From: Armatimonadota bacterium
Lineage (GTDB): Bacteria > Armatimonadota > Armatimonadia > Armatimonadales > Armatimonadaceae
NCBI GenBank assembly: GCA_043754515.1
Contig: JAYUUO010000065.1
Span: 1-15,903 of the forward strand
Length of the DNA stretch: 15,903 bases
Direction of reading: 5' to 3'
Position 1 is the first letter of the stretch. Every line of letters begins with the position of its first letter. Shown here piece after piece: positions 8,002-15,858 of the stretch. A program made the position numbers and the translations under genes. Below the pieces are notes generated by a model. That model saw nothing but the letters and a program-made list of their open reading frames with translations, did not search any database and was not told where the DNA came from.

Positions 8002-8685
8002 ATGTCACTTAATCAAGCCCTCGCGGCGATTCCCCTGTTCTCGGATCTTGCGGAAGAGCAACTCTCGCTGGTCTCCCATTACCTGAAGCGATTCACCTTC
8101 GACGAGCGTGAGGTGATCGTTAAGCGCGACTCCCCCGGCGACGCTCTTTTCATCATCGTGGCGGGGAAGGTGAAGGTCTCCTACGTCGAAGAGGAGGACG
8201 AGACGATCATCGCGGTGCTTTCCCCCGGCGACTTCTTCGGCGAACTCTCGATCATTGACGGCGAAGGGCGTTCCGCCGACGTCTCGGCCGTGGAGCAGAC
8301 CGAGGTGCTGATCCTCTCTGCGACGGACTTCAAGCAGTGTCTGGACACCATGCCCGCCATCGCCTTTTCACTCCTGAAGGAGATCGCGGGGCGGCTCCGT
8401 CGCTCGACGACCTGGATCCGGGTTCTGTCGTCGCAGGACGTTTACGGTCGGATCGCGCAACAGCTCCTTTCGCTCTCCGACCTACACGGCACCGACATGC
8501 CCGATGGCGGGCGCAGGATCAATCTGCGGCTGACGCAGAACGACCTGGCCGGTATCGTCGGCGCGTCTCGCGAGTCCGTCAACAAGGCACTCGGCTATTT
8601 CAAGCAGAAGAACTGGGTCACGGTAGACACGTCCTACCACATCACCGTATTCAACCGCGAAGCACTGGCGAAGCGATGTCAGTGA
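8002..8685 (+). CDS. Crp/Fnr family transcriptional regulator (cNMP-binding domain plus HTH)
   Basis: IPLFSDL, FFGELSIIDGEGRSADV (phosphate-binding cassette GE..RS), HTH LTQNDLAGIVGASRESVNKAL; start ATG 8002. Confidence 0.93.
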   Translation: MSLNQALAAIPLFSDLAEEQLSLVSHYLKRFTFDEREVIVKRDSPGDALFIIVAGKVKVSYVEEEDETIIAVLSPGDFFGELSIIDGEGRSADVSAVEQTEVLILSATDFKQCLDTMPAIAFSLLKEIAGRLRRSTTWIRVLSSQDVYGRIAQQLLSLSDLHGTDMPDGGRRINLRLTQNDLAGIVGASRESVNKALGYFKQKNWVTVDTSYHITVFNREALAKRCQ

Positions 8686-8689
8686 ACCA

Positions 8690-9304
8690 ATGAGCGGCGT
8701 TTTTCTGACGTTCGAGGGGGGCGAGGGCGCGGGCAAGACGACGCAGATCGCGCGGCTCTCTGGCGCGCTCGTCGCCCGCGGCCACGCGGTGGTGTGTACG
8801 CGCGAGCCGGGGGGCGACCCTGTCGGGGAGCGGGTTCGCGCCCTGCTTCTGGACCGGGACGCGGCACCGGTACCCGCCGCCGAACTCCTCCTGTTCGCCG
8901 CCGCCCGCGCACAGAACGTCGCGACCGTAGTTCGCCCCGCCCTGGAGAGAGGGCAGGTCGTGCTGTGCGACCGATTCACCGATTCCACGCTCGCGTACCA
9001 GGGCCACGGTCGCGGGCTACCCCTCGCGGCGATCCGCGCCGTAAACGAGATCGCGACCGGTGGTCTCATTCCGCTACGTACCTTCCTGTTCGATCTTGAT
9101 CCGGCGGTCGGGCTTGCCCGCCAATCGCCCGACGCGCAGAATCGTTTAGACCGGGAGCGGCGCGACTTTCACGAGCGGGTTCGGGCGGGGTTTTTAGCGG
9201 CGGCGCGCGCCGACCCGGACCGATTCGTGGTTCTGGACGCGACGCGGGACCCCGAAGCGCTGTTCGCCGAACTGCTCGACGCGACGCTGACACTTCTGGC
9301 GTGA
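8690..9304 (+). CDS. tmk: Thymidylate kinase
   Basis: FLTFEGGEGAGKTTQ P-loop, TREPGG, ELLLFAAARAQ, CDRFTDSTLAYQG.GRG and FHERVR.GF. Confidence 0.96.
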   Translation: MSGVFLTFEGGEGAGKTTQIARLSGALVARGHAVVCTREPGGDPVGERVRALLLDRDAAPVPAAELLLFAAARAQNVATVVRPALERGQVVLCDRFTDSTLAYQGHGRGLPLAAIRAVNEIATGGLIPLRTFLFDLDPAVGLARQSPDAQNRLDRERRDFHERVRAGFLAAARADPDRFVVLDATRDPEALFAELLDATLTLLA

Positions 9305-9332
9305 CCGTAGCCCCGCGCGCCGTGTCCAACGT

Positions 9333-9361
9333 TTGACGCGCTACGCGGCGGCGCGTATACT
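9333..9361 (+). promoter_or_regulatory. Sigma70-type promoter for the FHA/PP2C/kinase operon
   Basis: TTGACG (9333-9338), 17-nt spacer, TATACT (9356-9361); ATG at 9377. Confidence 0.75.
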
Positions 9362-9376
9362 GCGAGTACACACACT

Positions 9377-10573
9377 ATGGACATTCTGGAACGATTGAAC
9401 CGCCGCTTCGGCTCGTGGTACGAGGGGCTGTTCGGGGGTGGCGAAACACTCGACACCGAACTGCGCCCGAAGGATATTTTGCGGCGTATTCTGACGGCGA
9501 TGGAGGACGGGCGGCGCGAGGGTTTGGACGGCCAGGTATATGTGCCGAACGCCTACACGTTGCGCTTCGCCGTGGTCTCCGACGCCGAGCGCGACTACCT
9601 ACGCGCTTTTCTGAGCGCGGAGGAGCTGGCGACCGCCGTCGCGCGCGCGATTTCCCAGCACGGCTACCGCACCCGAGGGGCATTGCTATTCGTGATTGAG
9701 GAGGCGGATGCCGCCGACCCGAACACAGGGCGCGTGTCGGTCGCCTGCCGGTTCGATACCGCCGTGACCTCGCCCCCCGAAGTGACCGGCGAGCAACCGG
9801 CGGTGGTCCCCGCCCCGCAGGTCGGGGCTCCTTCCCCTCTGCCGGTTCCCACTCGTGAACCGCGCGTGACTGTCCTGGAGGAGGAGCCGGGCACGGTTCC
9901 CGCCGCGTTCGCGCACGGCGGGGCGATTCTCGCTACCCTGTTGGTCCGCTCCGGCGAGGGGCGGTCGCTCGAAGCGTTCCCGCTCACCCCGCGCGGCGTG
10001 CTAATCGGGCGTAGCCGACAGGGCGGGAACGACATAGTGCTGAACGACTCACAGATATCGAAGCGGCACGGGCACATCGCGTTCGAGAACGGCGGCTTCG
10101 TCTACTATGACGACAAAAGCACGAACGGTAGCCACATGAACGAGGCGCAACTCGCGCCCGGCGTGGCGCACCGCATTGAGTACGGTGGAGTAATCCGTCT
10201 CGGCGAGACCACCCTCACGCTCCGCCCAGCGGGAGGCGAACCCGCGCCCGCTGCCCTACCCGCTTCGCGGTTCGCCCCGTCGCAGGGCGTGTCGCTCGTA
10301 TCCCGGGACGGCGTCGTGGAGCGGCTGGCCTCCGAAATGACGGTGGGCCGTGGCGTGACCGCCGATCTGGTTCTCGCCGGTCCCACCGTTTCCGACAAGC
10401 ATGCCCGCATTAAAACGTCCGACACCGGGCGGCTCACGGTGGAGGATTTGAACACACCGACCGGGACGTTCGTGAACGCCGAGCGGATCCCACCCCTCTA
10501 TCCCGTGACGTTGCGCGATGGCGACACGGTAGTTTTTGGTGGCGGTTCGCCTTATACGGTACGGATCGGATAA
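9377..10573 (+). CDS. FhaA-like protein: N-terminal DUF3662/FhaA_N-like domain, Pro-rich linker, two FHA domains
   Basis: The N-terminus MDILERLNRRFGSWYEGLF...LRPKDI.RR...AM...YVPNAY resembles FhaA_N. FHA1: IGRS..NDIVL.D.QISKRH...DDKSTNG. FHA2: VGRG..ADLVL....VSDKHA...EDLNTPTGTFVN. Confidence 0.88.
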   Translation: MDILERLNRRFGSWYEGLFGGGETLDTELRPKDILRRILTAMEDGRREGLDGQVYVPNAYTLRFAVVSDAERDYLRAFLSAEELATAVARAISQHGYRTRGALLFVIEEADAADPNTGRVSVACRFDTAVTSPPEVTGEQPAVVPAPQVGAPSPLPVPTREPRVTVLEEEPGTVPAAFAHGGAILATLLVRSGEGRSLEAFPLTPRGVLIGRSRQGGNDIVLNDSQISKRHGHIAFENGGFVYYDDKSTNGSHMNEAQLAPGVAHRIEYGGVIRLGETTLTLRPAGGEPAPAALPASRFAPSQGVSLVSRDGVVERLASEMTVGRGVTADLVLAGPTVSDKHARIKTSDTGRLTVEDLNTPTGTFVNAERIPPLYPVTLRDGDTVVFGGGSPYTVRIG

Positions 10574-10574
10574 G

Positions 10575-10697
10575 ATGGAAGCGACGGGGAACGCGAGCCT
10601 GATTTTGTTCCTGCGCATTCTGTTCGCGGCTCTGCTGGTGCTGTTCGCCGCTCTGTTACTGTTTCTGAACGCCCGCAACAACGGAACGAACCGCTAA
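10575..10697 (+). CDS. Small single-pass membrane protein (40 aa)
   Basis: Below the ORF-track size cutoff; ATG 1 nt after the FhaA-like stop: MEATGNASLILFLRILFAALLVLFAALLLFLNARNNGTNR*. It has one long hydrophobic helix and fills most of the gap before the PP2C gene. Confidence 0.7.
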   Translation: MEATGNASLILFLRILFAALLVLFAALLLFLNARNNGTNR

Positions 10698-10729
10698 ATA
10701 CCACGCTCCGACAGGATTTTCTCCCGAAG

Positions 10730-12421
10730 ATGACTTCCCCTTCCTCCCACCCCGCTATCCGCCTCGACATCGCCGCCCTCACCGACAAGGGCGTCAAGCG
10801 GGCGGCGAACGAGGACGCCTACGGGCTATTCGATCTACCCTCCGTCAGCGCGACTATTGTGGTCGCTGATGGCATGGGCGGTTTGCAGTCAGGGGATGTC
10901 GCCTCGGGCGAGGCCGTCTCCGTCATGGAGGCGACGCTAAGGGAGCGGATCGGCGCGGGGGACACGCCGGGCGACGCGTTCGCCGAGTCGTTCGCCCGAG
11001 CGAACGAGCGGGTATTCGCCATAGCGGAAGCGGTGCGGCTCCGGTCAGAGGAGACGGCGAAACAGGCGGAGGCAGACATGCCAACCGCGAAGCGCGGCGA
11101 CTATAGCAAGACGGCACCCGCCCCTAAATCGTCCACGCCGCTGATGGGCACCACGGTGGTCGCCGGAATAATCCGGGGTGACGTTCTTACGGTCGCTCAC
11201 GCGGGCGACTCGCGCCTGTACCGGCTACGGGGTGGTGTGCTGGCGGCATTGACCTCCGACCATTCGTTCGTGGCCGAGCGGGTGCGGGCGGGTGATATTT
11301 CCGAGGAGGAGGCGCGGGTGTCGCGCTTCCGTAACATGATCACGCGCGCCGTGGGCATTGACGCCGCCATCCAGCCGGAAGTGAAGACAGAAACGCTGGA
11401 ACCCGGCGACACGCTCCTGTTCTGCACCGACGGGCTGAATACGATGATTGACGACGCGGAGATCGGCTCGATTCTAGCCCGCGCCGATTCCGCGAAGGGG
11501 GTGATTACCTCCGAGCGGATCGCAACCGCGCTCGTGGACGCGGCGAACCGGCGCGGCGGCTCGGACAACATCACGGTGGTCGTGGTACGCGTGCTCGGCG
11601 CGGACAGCGATTCCCCCGCCGCCCCCGTACCACTTGCCCCCGCCGCCGCGAAGAAGCCCGAGCCGCGTCCCGCCCCCGCCATGGAACGCCGCGTGGATAA
11701 GCGACCCGAGGTCATGGATATGGAGGCAACCCGCGCACCCGGCAGGAATCGTGGCAGTGTCCCGCCGTTCGTCGCCCTTCTCGCCTTCATCGGCGTACTG
11801 ACGCTGGGGGTCGGCGCGATCCTCGCCGCTTCCAAAGAAGTACGTCAGAACATCGGCCACGCCCTCGCCCCCCGCCCCGCGCCGGTGTCTCTCGACACGC
11901 CGGTCGGCGAGATCCGCGACGGGGTGATACACATCAAAGACTACACGAAGATGACCTACAAGGCACCGGTTCCCTTCGGCGATAGGATATTCTCCGCGCG
12001 CGGCGACCTACTTGCCTACTCCCCCCGCGCCGGGATATTTTTCGTGACGGATTCGGGCGGGCAGATGGCTTACCTCTCGAAGGCGGGGCAGGTGATGAAA
12101 CCCATCGCCTCCTTCGTACCCCAACCACCGCCCCCGAAGCCGGCCCCGGCGTCGCGCGTATTCTTCGCGGCGGATTTACAGGGCAACACGTACATCTCCT
12201 ATCCGGCGCGTAAACTCATCGAGAAGTACGACCGGAACGGGGTGAAGAGATGCAGGATCACGAGCACGGAGTCGCCGGAGGCATTGGTGGTTGACGAGGA
12301 CGGCAATCTGTACGTGATCTATGACGGCACCATCAAGAAACTCGAGGCGGTGATGCCGACGGCGGGCACTACTCCAGCGGTCGGCACTCCGACGAAACCA
12401 AAAGCGTCGGCGAGTCCGTAG
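10730..12421 (+). CDS. PP2C/PPM-family Ser/Thr phosphatase (Stp1/PstP-like) with a TM helix and a C-terminal NHL/beta-propeller-like domain
   Basis: TDKG.KR..NED, VADGMGG, MGTT, AHAGDSRLY, LTSDHS, RNMITRAVG, CTDGL and GGSDNIT; TM FVALLAFIGVLTLGVGAILAA (~11768-11830); blade-like AADLQGNTYI and PEALVVDEDGNLYV. Confidence 0.92.
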   Translation: MTSPSSHPAIRLDIAALTDKGVKRAANEDAYGLFDLPSVSATIVVADGMGGLQSGDVASGEAVSVMEATLRERIGAGDTPGDAFAESFARANERVFAIAEAVRLRSEETAKQAEADMPTAKRGDYSKTAPAPKSSTPLMGTTVVAGIIRGDVLTVAHAGDSRLYRLRGGVLAALTSDHSFVAERVRAGDISEEEARVSRFRNMITRAVGIDAAIQPEVKTETLEPGDTLLFCTDGLNTMIDDAEIGSILARADSAKGVITSERIATALVDAANRRGGSDNITVVVVRVLGADSDSPAAPVPLAPAAAKKPEPRPAPAMERRVDKRPEVMDMEATRAPGRNRGSVPPFVALLAFIGVLTLGVGAILAASKEVRQNIGHALAPRPAPVSLDTPVGEIRDGVIHIKDYTKMTYKAPVPFGDRIFSARGDLLAYSPRAGIFFVTDSGGQMAYLSKAGQVMKPIASFVPQPPPPKPAPASRVFFAADLQGNTYISYPARKLIEKYDRNGVKRCRITSTESPEALVVDEDGNLYVIYDGTIKKLEAVMPTAGTTPAVGTPTKPKASASP

Positions 12422-12446
12422 AACGATAAGGGAGGCGAGGCGACAA

Positions 12447-14291
12447 ATGGCAGCGGGTTCCATAGGCAAATACGAGCGTCTGGATGTGCTGGGGCATGGC
12501 ACGTCCGGCGTCGTTTATCTCGCCTGGGACACACTGCTTCGCCGACAAGTCGCCCTAAAAGAGATCCGCGCCGACGGGCCGGAGATGGAGCGGCTTCTGG
12601 ACGAGGCGCGCGTATTGGACCGACTACGGCACCCCAATATCGTGCGTATTCATTCGGTGGACGTCGCGCCCGACAACGTGGTTTTGCTTGATATGGAACT
12701 GATACGGGGGCGCAACCTCGCGTCGCTGATCAAGGAACGCGCGGGGGTGCCGTTCCCCCCGGATGAGGCGGCGCGGATCGCGCTCCCCGTTCTAGACGCC
12801 CTCGGATACGCGCACGAACGGCGGATCATTCACCGCGACGTCAAGCCCGCCAACATCCTACTCGGGGACGACGGCACGGTCAAACTCACCGACTTCGGCC
12901 TCGCAGAAGCATTGGGCACCGGCTCGGTCGCGGGCGGTGGCGGCACGTATCCGTACATGGCACCCGAAGATTTCGCCGAGGACGCGGCGAGCGACCGCCG
13001 CTCCGATTTGTGGGCAGTCGGAGTACTTCTCTACGAGATGCTCACCGGCAGACGGCCGTTCACCGTCGCGCGGATCAAGGACCCGTTCGCGTGGAAGCGG
13101 ACGGTCGAGCAGGACGAGCCACCCGTCCCGACCGACGTGAACGCGAGTCTCGCCCCGGCCTGGAACGTGATTCTTTCCCGCGCTCTAGCAAAAAACAAAG
13201 AGGAGCGGTGGGGTGCCGCGCGGGAGTTCATGGACGCCGTGTCGCGCGTCAGCGGAGTGTCCACGGAGTCGGCTCCGGCGGCGCAAGAGGAATCCGCCTC
13301 GGAGCCGCCCCGGACGCGCCGCTACGAGCCCCCGCCCGTCGTCGGCGTCCCCCGCCCCCCGGCTAGCGTTCCGCGCCCGCCGATGCCCATCTTCGCGCCG
13401 CCCGCGCCCGGCATGAGGGGCGGCGCGTTCGTGTTCGCCGCGACGGGCGAGATCGTTTACACGCTGGATGAGCTGCTCGCGATGGCGGCGCGGAACTGGG
13501 ACGAGTCGCGCCGCGCCTTGCTTGAAGGGCGCGTCGAAGGTTTTTTGCGTGGCATCGGCGAAGTTTATGTCGCGGATCTCGCCGGGGAGATGTTCCAGCG
13601 AAGTCACGCGGGCGAGTCGCCGGACCGGCTTTTGAAAGAGTTTCTGGAGCGGGCGCGGGGCGAGGAGTTGGCACCGCAACGCACCACTCCGAAGTTCGCC
13701 GAAGCGGAGATGGGAACCGTGGCGGCGCGCCCCGTGCCCCCCGGCGGCGATAACGTTTCGCGAGAACGGGACGCAGGCGTGGACGCGGTCGGGTCGCCAC
13801 CGGCCTCCTCTCCCGACGATCAGGGGGGGCCGAAGCCGGGAAAATCACCCGGCACCCGGTGGTGGTACTGGCCGGTTCTCGCGCTGTCTTCCGCCTCGCC
13901 CGGTGTCGCGGTGCTCGCCCTCGCGCAACCCGGAGCACGGCACGCGGGGGACCCGACCGGTCTGTTGTTGCTGGCGGGCGCGACATCCGGCGTGTTCTGC
14001 GTGATGCTGGTGCTGATCGCTATGGGGACGCGCATGGCGTGGTCGGCTCGGCTACTGCCGCTGGTGCCGATGGGTATCGGCGGGCTGTGCATGGGCGGAT
14101 TGATCGCGCGGTCGAACGCATCCGGCGCGAACTTAACGGCGCGAGACCTCGTCCTGATCGCCTCGCCGGTCGCGTTTCTCGTCTTGCAGGCAGCCACCGC
14201 CCGTGTTTTATGGCGCCTGTGGCTCGGTTTCCTAATTGCGGTCGCCGCCGCCACAGTACTGGTTTTCGCATCGGGGCAGTTGAACTTTTAG
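12447..14291 (+). CDS. Hanks-type Ser/Thr protein kinase with a C-terminal multi-TM region
   Basis: LGHGTSGVVY, VALKE, HPNIV, HRDVKPANIL, DFG, YMAPE, SDLWAVG and G..PF; Pro-rich linkers; about 5 hydrophobic helices at the C-terminus; GGAGG upstream. Confidence 0.95.
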   Translation: MAAGSIGKYERLDVLGHGTSGVVYLAWDTLLRRQVALKEIRADGPEMERLLDEARVLDRLRHPNIVRIHSVDVAPDNVVLLDMELIRGRNLASLIKERAGVPFPPDEAARIALPVLDALGYAHERRIIHRDVKPANILLGDDGTVKLTDFGLAEALGTGSVAGGGGTYPYMAPEDFAEDAASDRRSDLWAVGVLLYEMLTGRRPFTVARIKDPFAWKRTVEQDEPPVPTDVNASLAPAWNVILSRALAKNKEERWGAAREFMDAVSRVSGVSTESAPAAQEESASEPPRTRRYEPPPVVGVPRPPASVPRPPMPIFAPPAPGMRGGAFVFAATGEIVYTLDELLAMAARNWDESRRALLEGRVEGFLRGIGEVYVADLAGEMFQRSHAGESPDRLLKEFLERARGEELAPQRTTPKFAEAEMGTVAARPVPPGGDNVSRERDAGVDAVGSPPASSPDDQGGPKPGKSPGTRWWYWPVLALSSASPGVAVLALAQPGARHAGDPTGLLLLAGATSGVFCVMLVLIAMGTRMAWSARLLPLVPMGIGGLCMGGLIARSNASGANLTARDLVLIASPVAFLVLQAATARVLWRLWLGFLIAVAAATVLVFASGQLNF

Positions 14292-14319
14292 TGCCGATCC
14301 CGGCACACATCGGAACATT

Positions 14320-15858
14320 ATGATGACACCACGTAAGTATATCGGCTGGGGCTTACTCGCCCTGCTCGTCCTGGGCGTCGGCAACTTCGCCGTCGGAAAC
14401 ATCCAGACCAAAGGCTCCTTGGGCAAGATCGCACAGGGCGGCGCGCAGACCGCTGTCGGCGTACGCGAGTTGATGGAGCGGAACGTGCTATTTGACGCGT
14501 TACAGGGTGGGGCACCGCCGAAGACGCGTCTCGCCGCTATCGCCGCGCTCAGCGAACTCGCGCGGGATGGTAAAAATTCGGGGGCATTCAAGCAGCTCTT
14601 GCAGATGCTGAAGGATCCCGACACGGAGACCACGCAGGACAAAACGCACCCGGTGCGCGACGCCGCGCAGGGCGCGGTGGCGTCGGTCGGCGCGCTCTAC
14701 CCGGACCTGTTGCTGGACGCTGCCAAAGATCCTGACGGCAACATCCACGATCAGTCGCGCACCGCTTTGAAGACCATCGGCGCGAAGATGCAAACGCAGA
14801 TGGCCGCGCGTCTGGGTGACGCCGCGCTCCGGGCACCGCTCGGCGAGATACTCGCGGGCATCGGCCCCCAAACGGTACCCCTGGTGACGCCGTATCTCGC
14901 GCCCGCCGAACTCGACAAACTCAAGGACAAGCCGGACGATCTGGAGACGGCGAAACTCCAGCTCATCGAGATCCTCGGCAAGTATCAAGTTCAGCCCGCC
15001 GCCGAAGCCGTACTACCGTTCGCGAAAGACCCTGATCCCAACGTCCAGCGCGGCGTACTGACCGCTCTCGCCAACATCGCGAGTCCGGTCGGCGAGCCGG
15101 TCTTACGCGCCGCGTTGATGAGCCCCCAGACCGACGCCTCCTCGCGTGCCGCCGCCGCCGCGACCCTGGGCGCGTTCGGCACCACGGATGCGAACGACGC
15201 GATGGTGTCCGCGCTTTCTGACTTCGACATCGCGGTCGCGGACGCCGCCGCGTCGGGCCTCGCCCGCGCGGCCGTGACGGACGAGGCGACCGCCCGCGTC
15301 GCGATCACCCGCGCCCTGTCCTCCCCCGACCCCGCGGTGCGCTCCCGCGCGGCGTCCGCGACCAGAGGCATGTCGCAAGGCGACCTCGCGACGAAGGCGA
15401 TCACAGACGCGGACCCCAGCGTCCGCGCCGCCGCTGCCGTTTCGCTGGGCGATATTCTCGCCCGGCGGGGCGCGAAATCCCCCGCCCCGACTCAGGGCGA
15501 GATAGTGCCGCTCGTGGGCGCGCTACGGGATAAGGAAGGCGTGGTCGCCGACGCCGCGCAGATGGCACTGGCACGGGTGGGAGCCGCCTCCGTGCCGGAA
15601 GTGGTAGCATTGCTCGCGGACAAAGAAGACACGGTCGCCTACTACGCCGTTCGCACCCTCGCCCAAATCGGTCTGCCCGCGTTCGATGCGGTGGCGCAAG
15701 CCGCGCGGACCGGACAGCCGGGCGCGCGGTGGGCGGCGGTGACGCTGGGCGAACTGGGTGACCCACGCGCGAAGCCGGTGCTGGAGTCGTTGAAGGCGGA
15801 CACGGACGCACCCACGGCGGCGGCGGCGGTTGACGCACTGGCGAAGATAAGCGGCTAA
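14320..15858 (+). CDS. HEAT-repeat (PBS lyase-like) protein with an N-terminal signal or membrane anchor
   Basis: Repeated L.D.D..VR..AA..LG units (e.g. KDPDPNVQRGVLTAL, SSPDPAVRSRAA, TDADPSVRAAAAVSLG, WAAVTLGELGDPRA); N-terminal RKYIGWGLLALLVLGVGNFAVG. Confidence 0.88.
   Translation: MMTPRKYIGWGLLALLVLGVGNFAVGNIQTKGSLGKIAQGGAQTAVGVRELMERNVLFDALQGGAPPKTRLAAIAALSELARDGKNSGAFKQLLQMLKDPDTETTQDKTHPVRDAAQGAVASVGALYPDLLLDAAKDPDGNIHDQSRTALKTIGAKMQTQMAARLGDAALRAPLGEILAGIGPQTVPLVTPYLAPAELDKLKDKPDDLETAKLQLIEILGKYQVQPAAEAVLPFAKDPDPNVQRGVLTALANIASPVGEPVLRAALMSPQTDASSRAAAAATLGAFGTTDANDAMVSALSDFDIAVADAAASGLARAAVTDEATARVAITRALSSPDPAVRSRAASATRGMSQGDLATKAITDADPSVRAAAAVSLGDILARRGAKSPAPTQGEIVPLVGALRDKEGVVADAAQMALARVGAASVPEVVALLADKEDTVAYYAVRTLAQIGLPAFDAVAQAARTGQPGARWAAVTLGELGDPRAKPVLESLKADTDAPTAAAAVDALAKISG

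Noticed and set aside
7947..8010. GC hairpins (CGCCA/TGGCG, GCGCGG/CCGCGC) and a TCAC half-site between purQ and the Crp gene
   Set aside because: No U-tract for an intrinsic terminator, no recognisable riboswitch, and no full TGTGA-N6-TCACA site.
9377..15858. Interpreting the FHA/PP2C/kinase cluster as a type VI secretion regulatory module or an anti-phage kinase system
   Set aside because: No T6SS structural genes or defence effectors in the window; the housekeeping context, host-like composition and FhaA_N domain fit a core signalling locus better.
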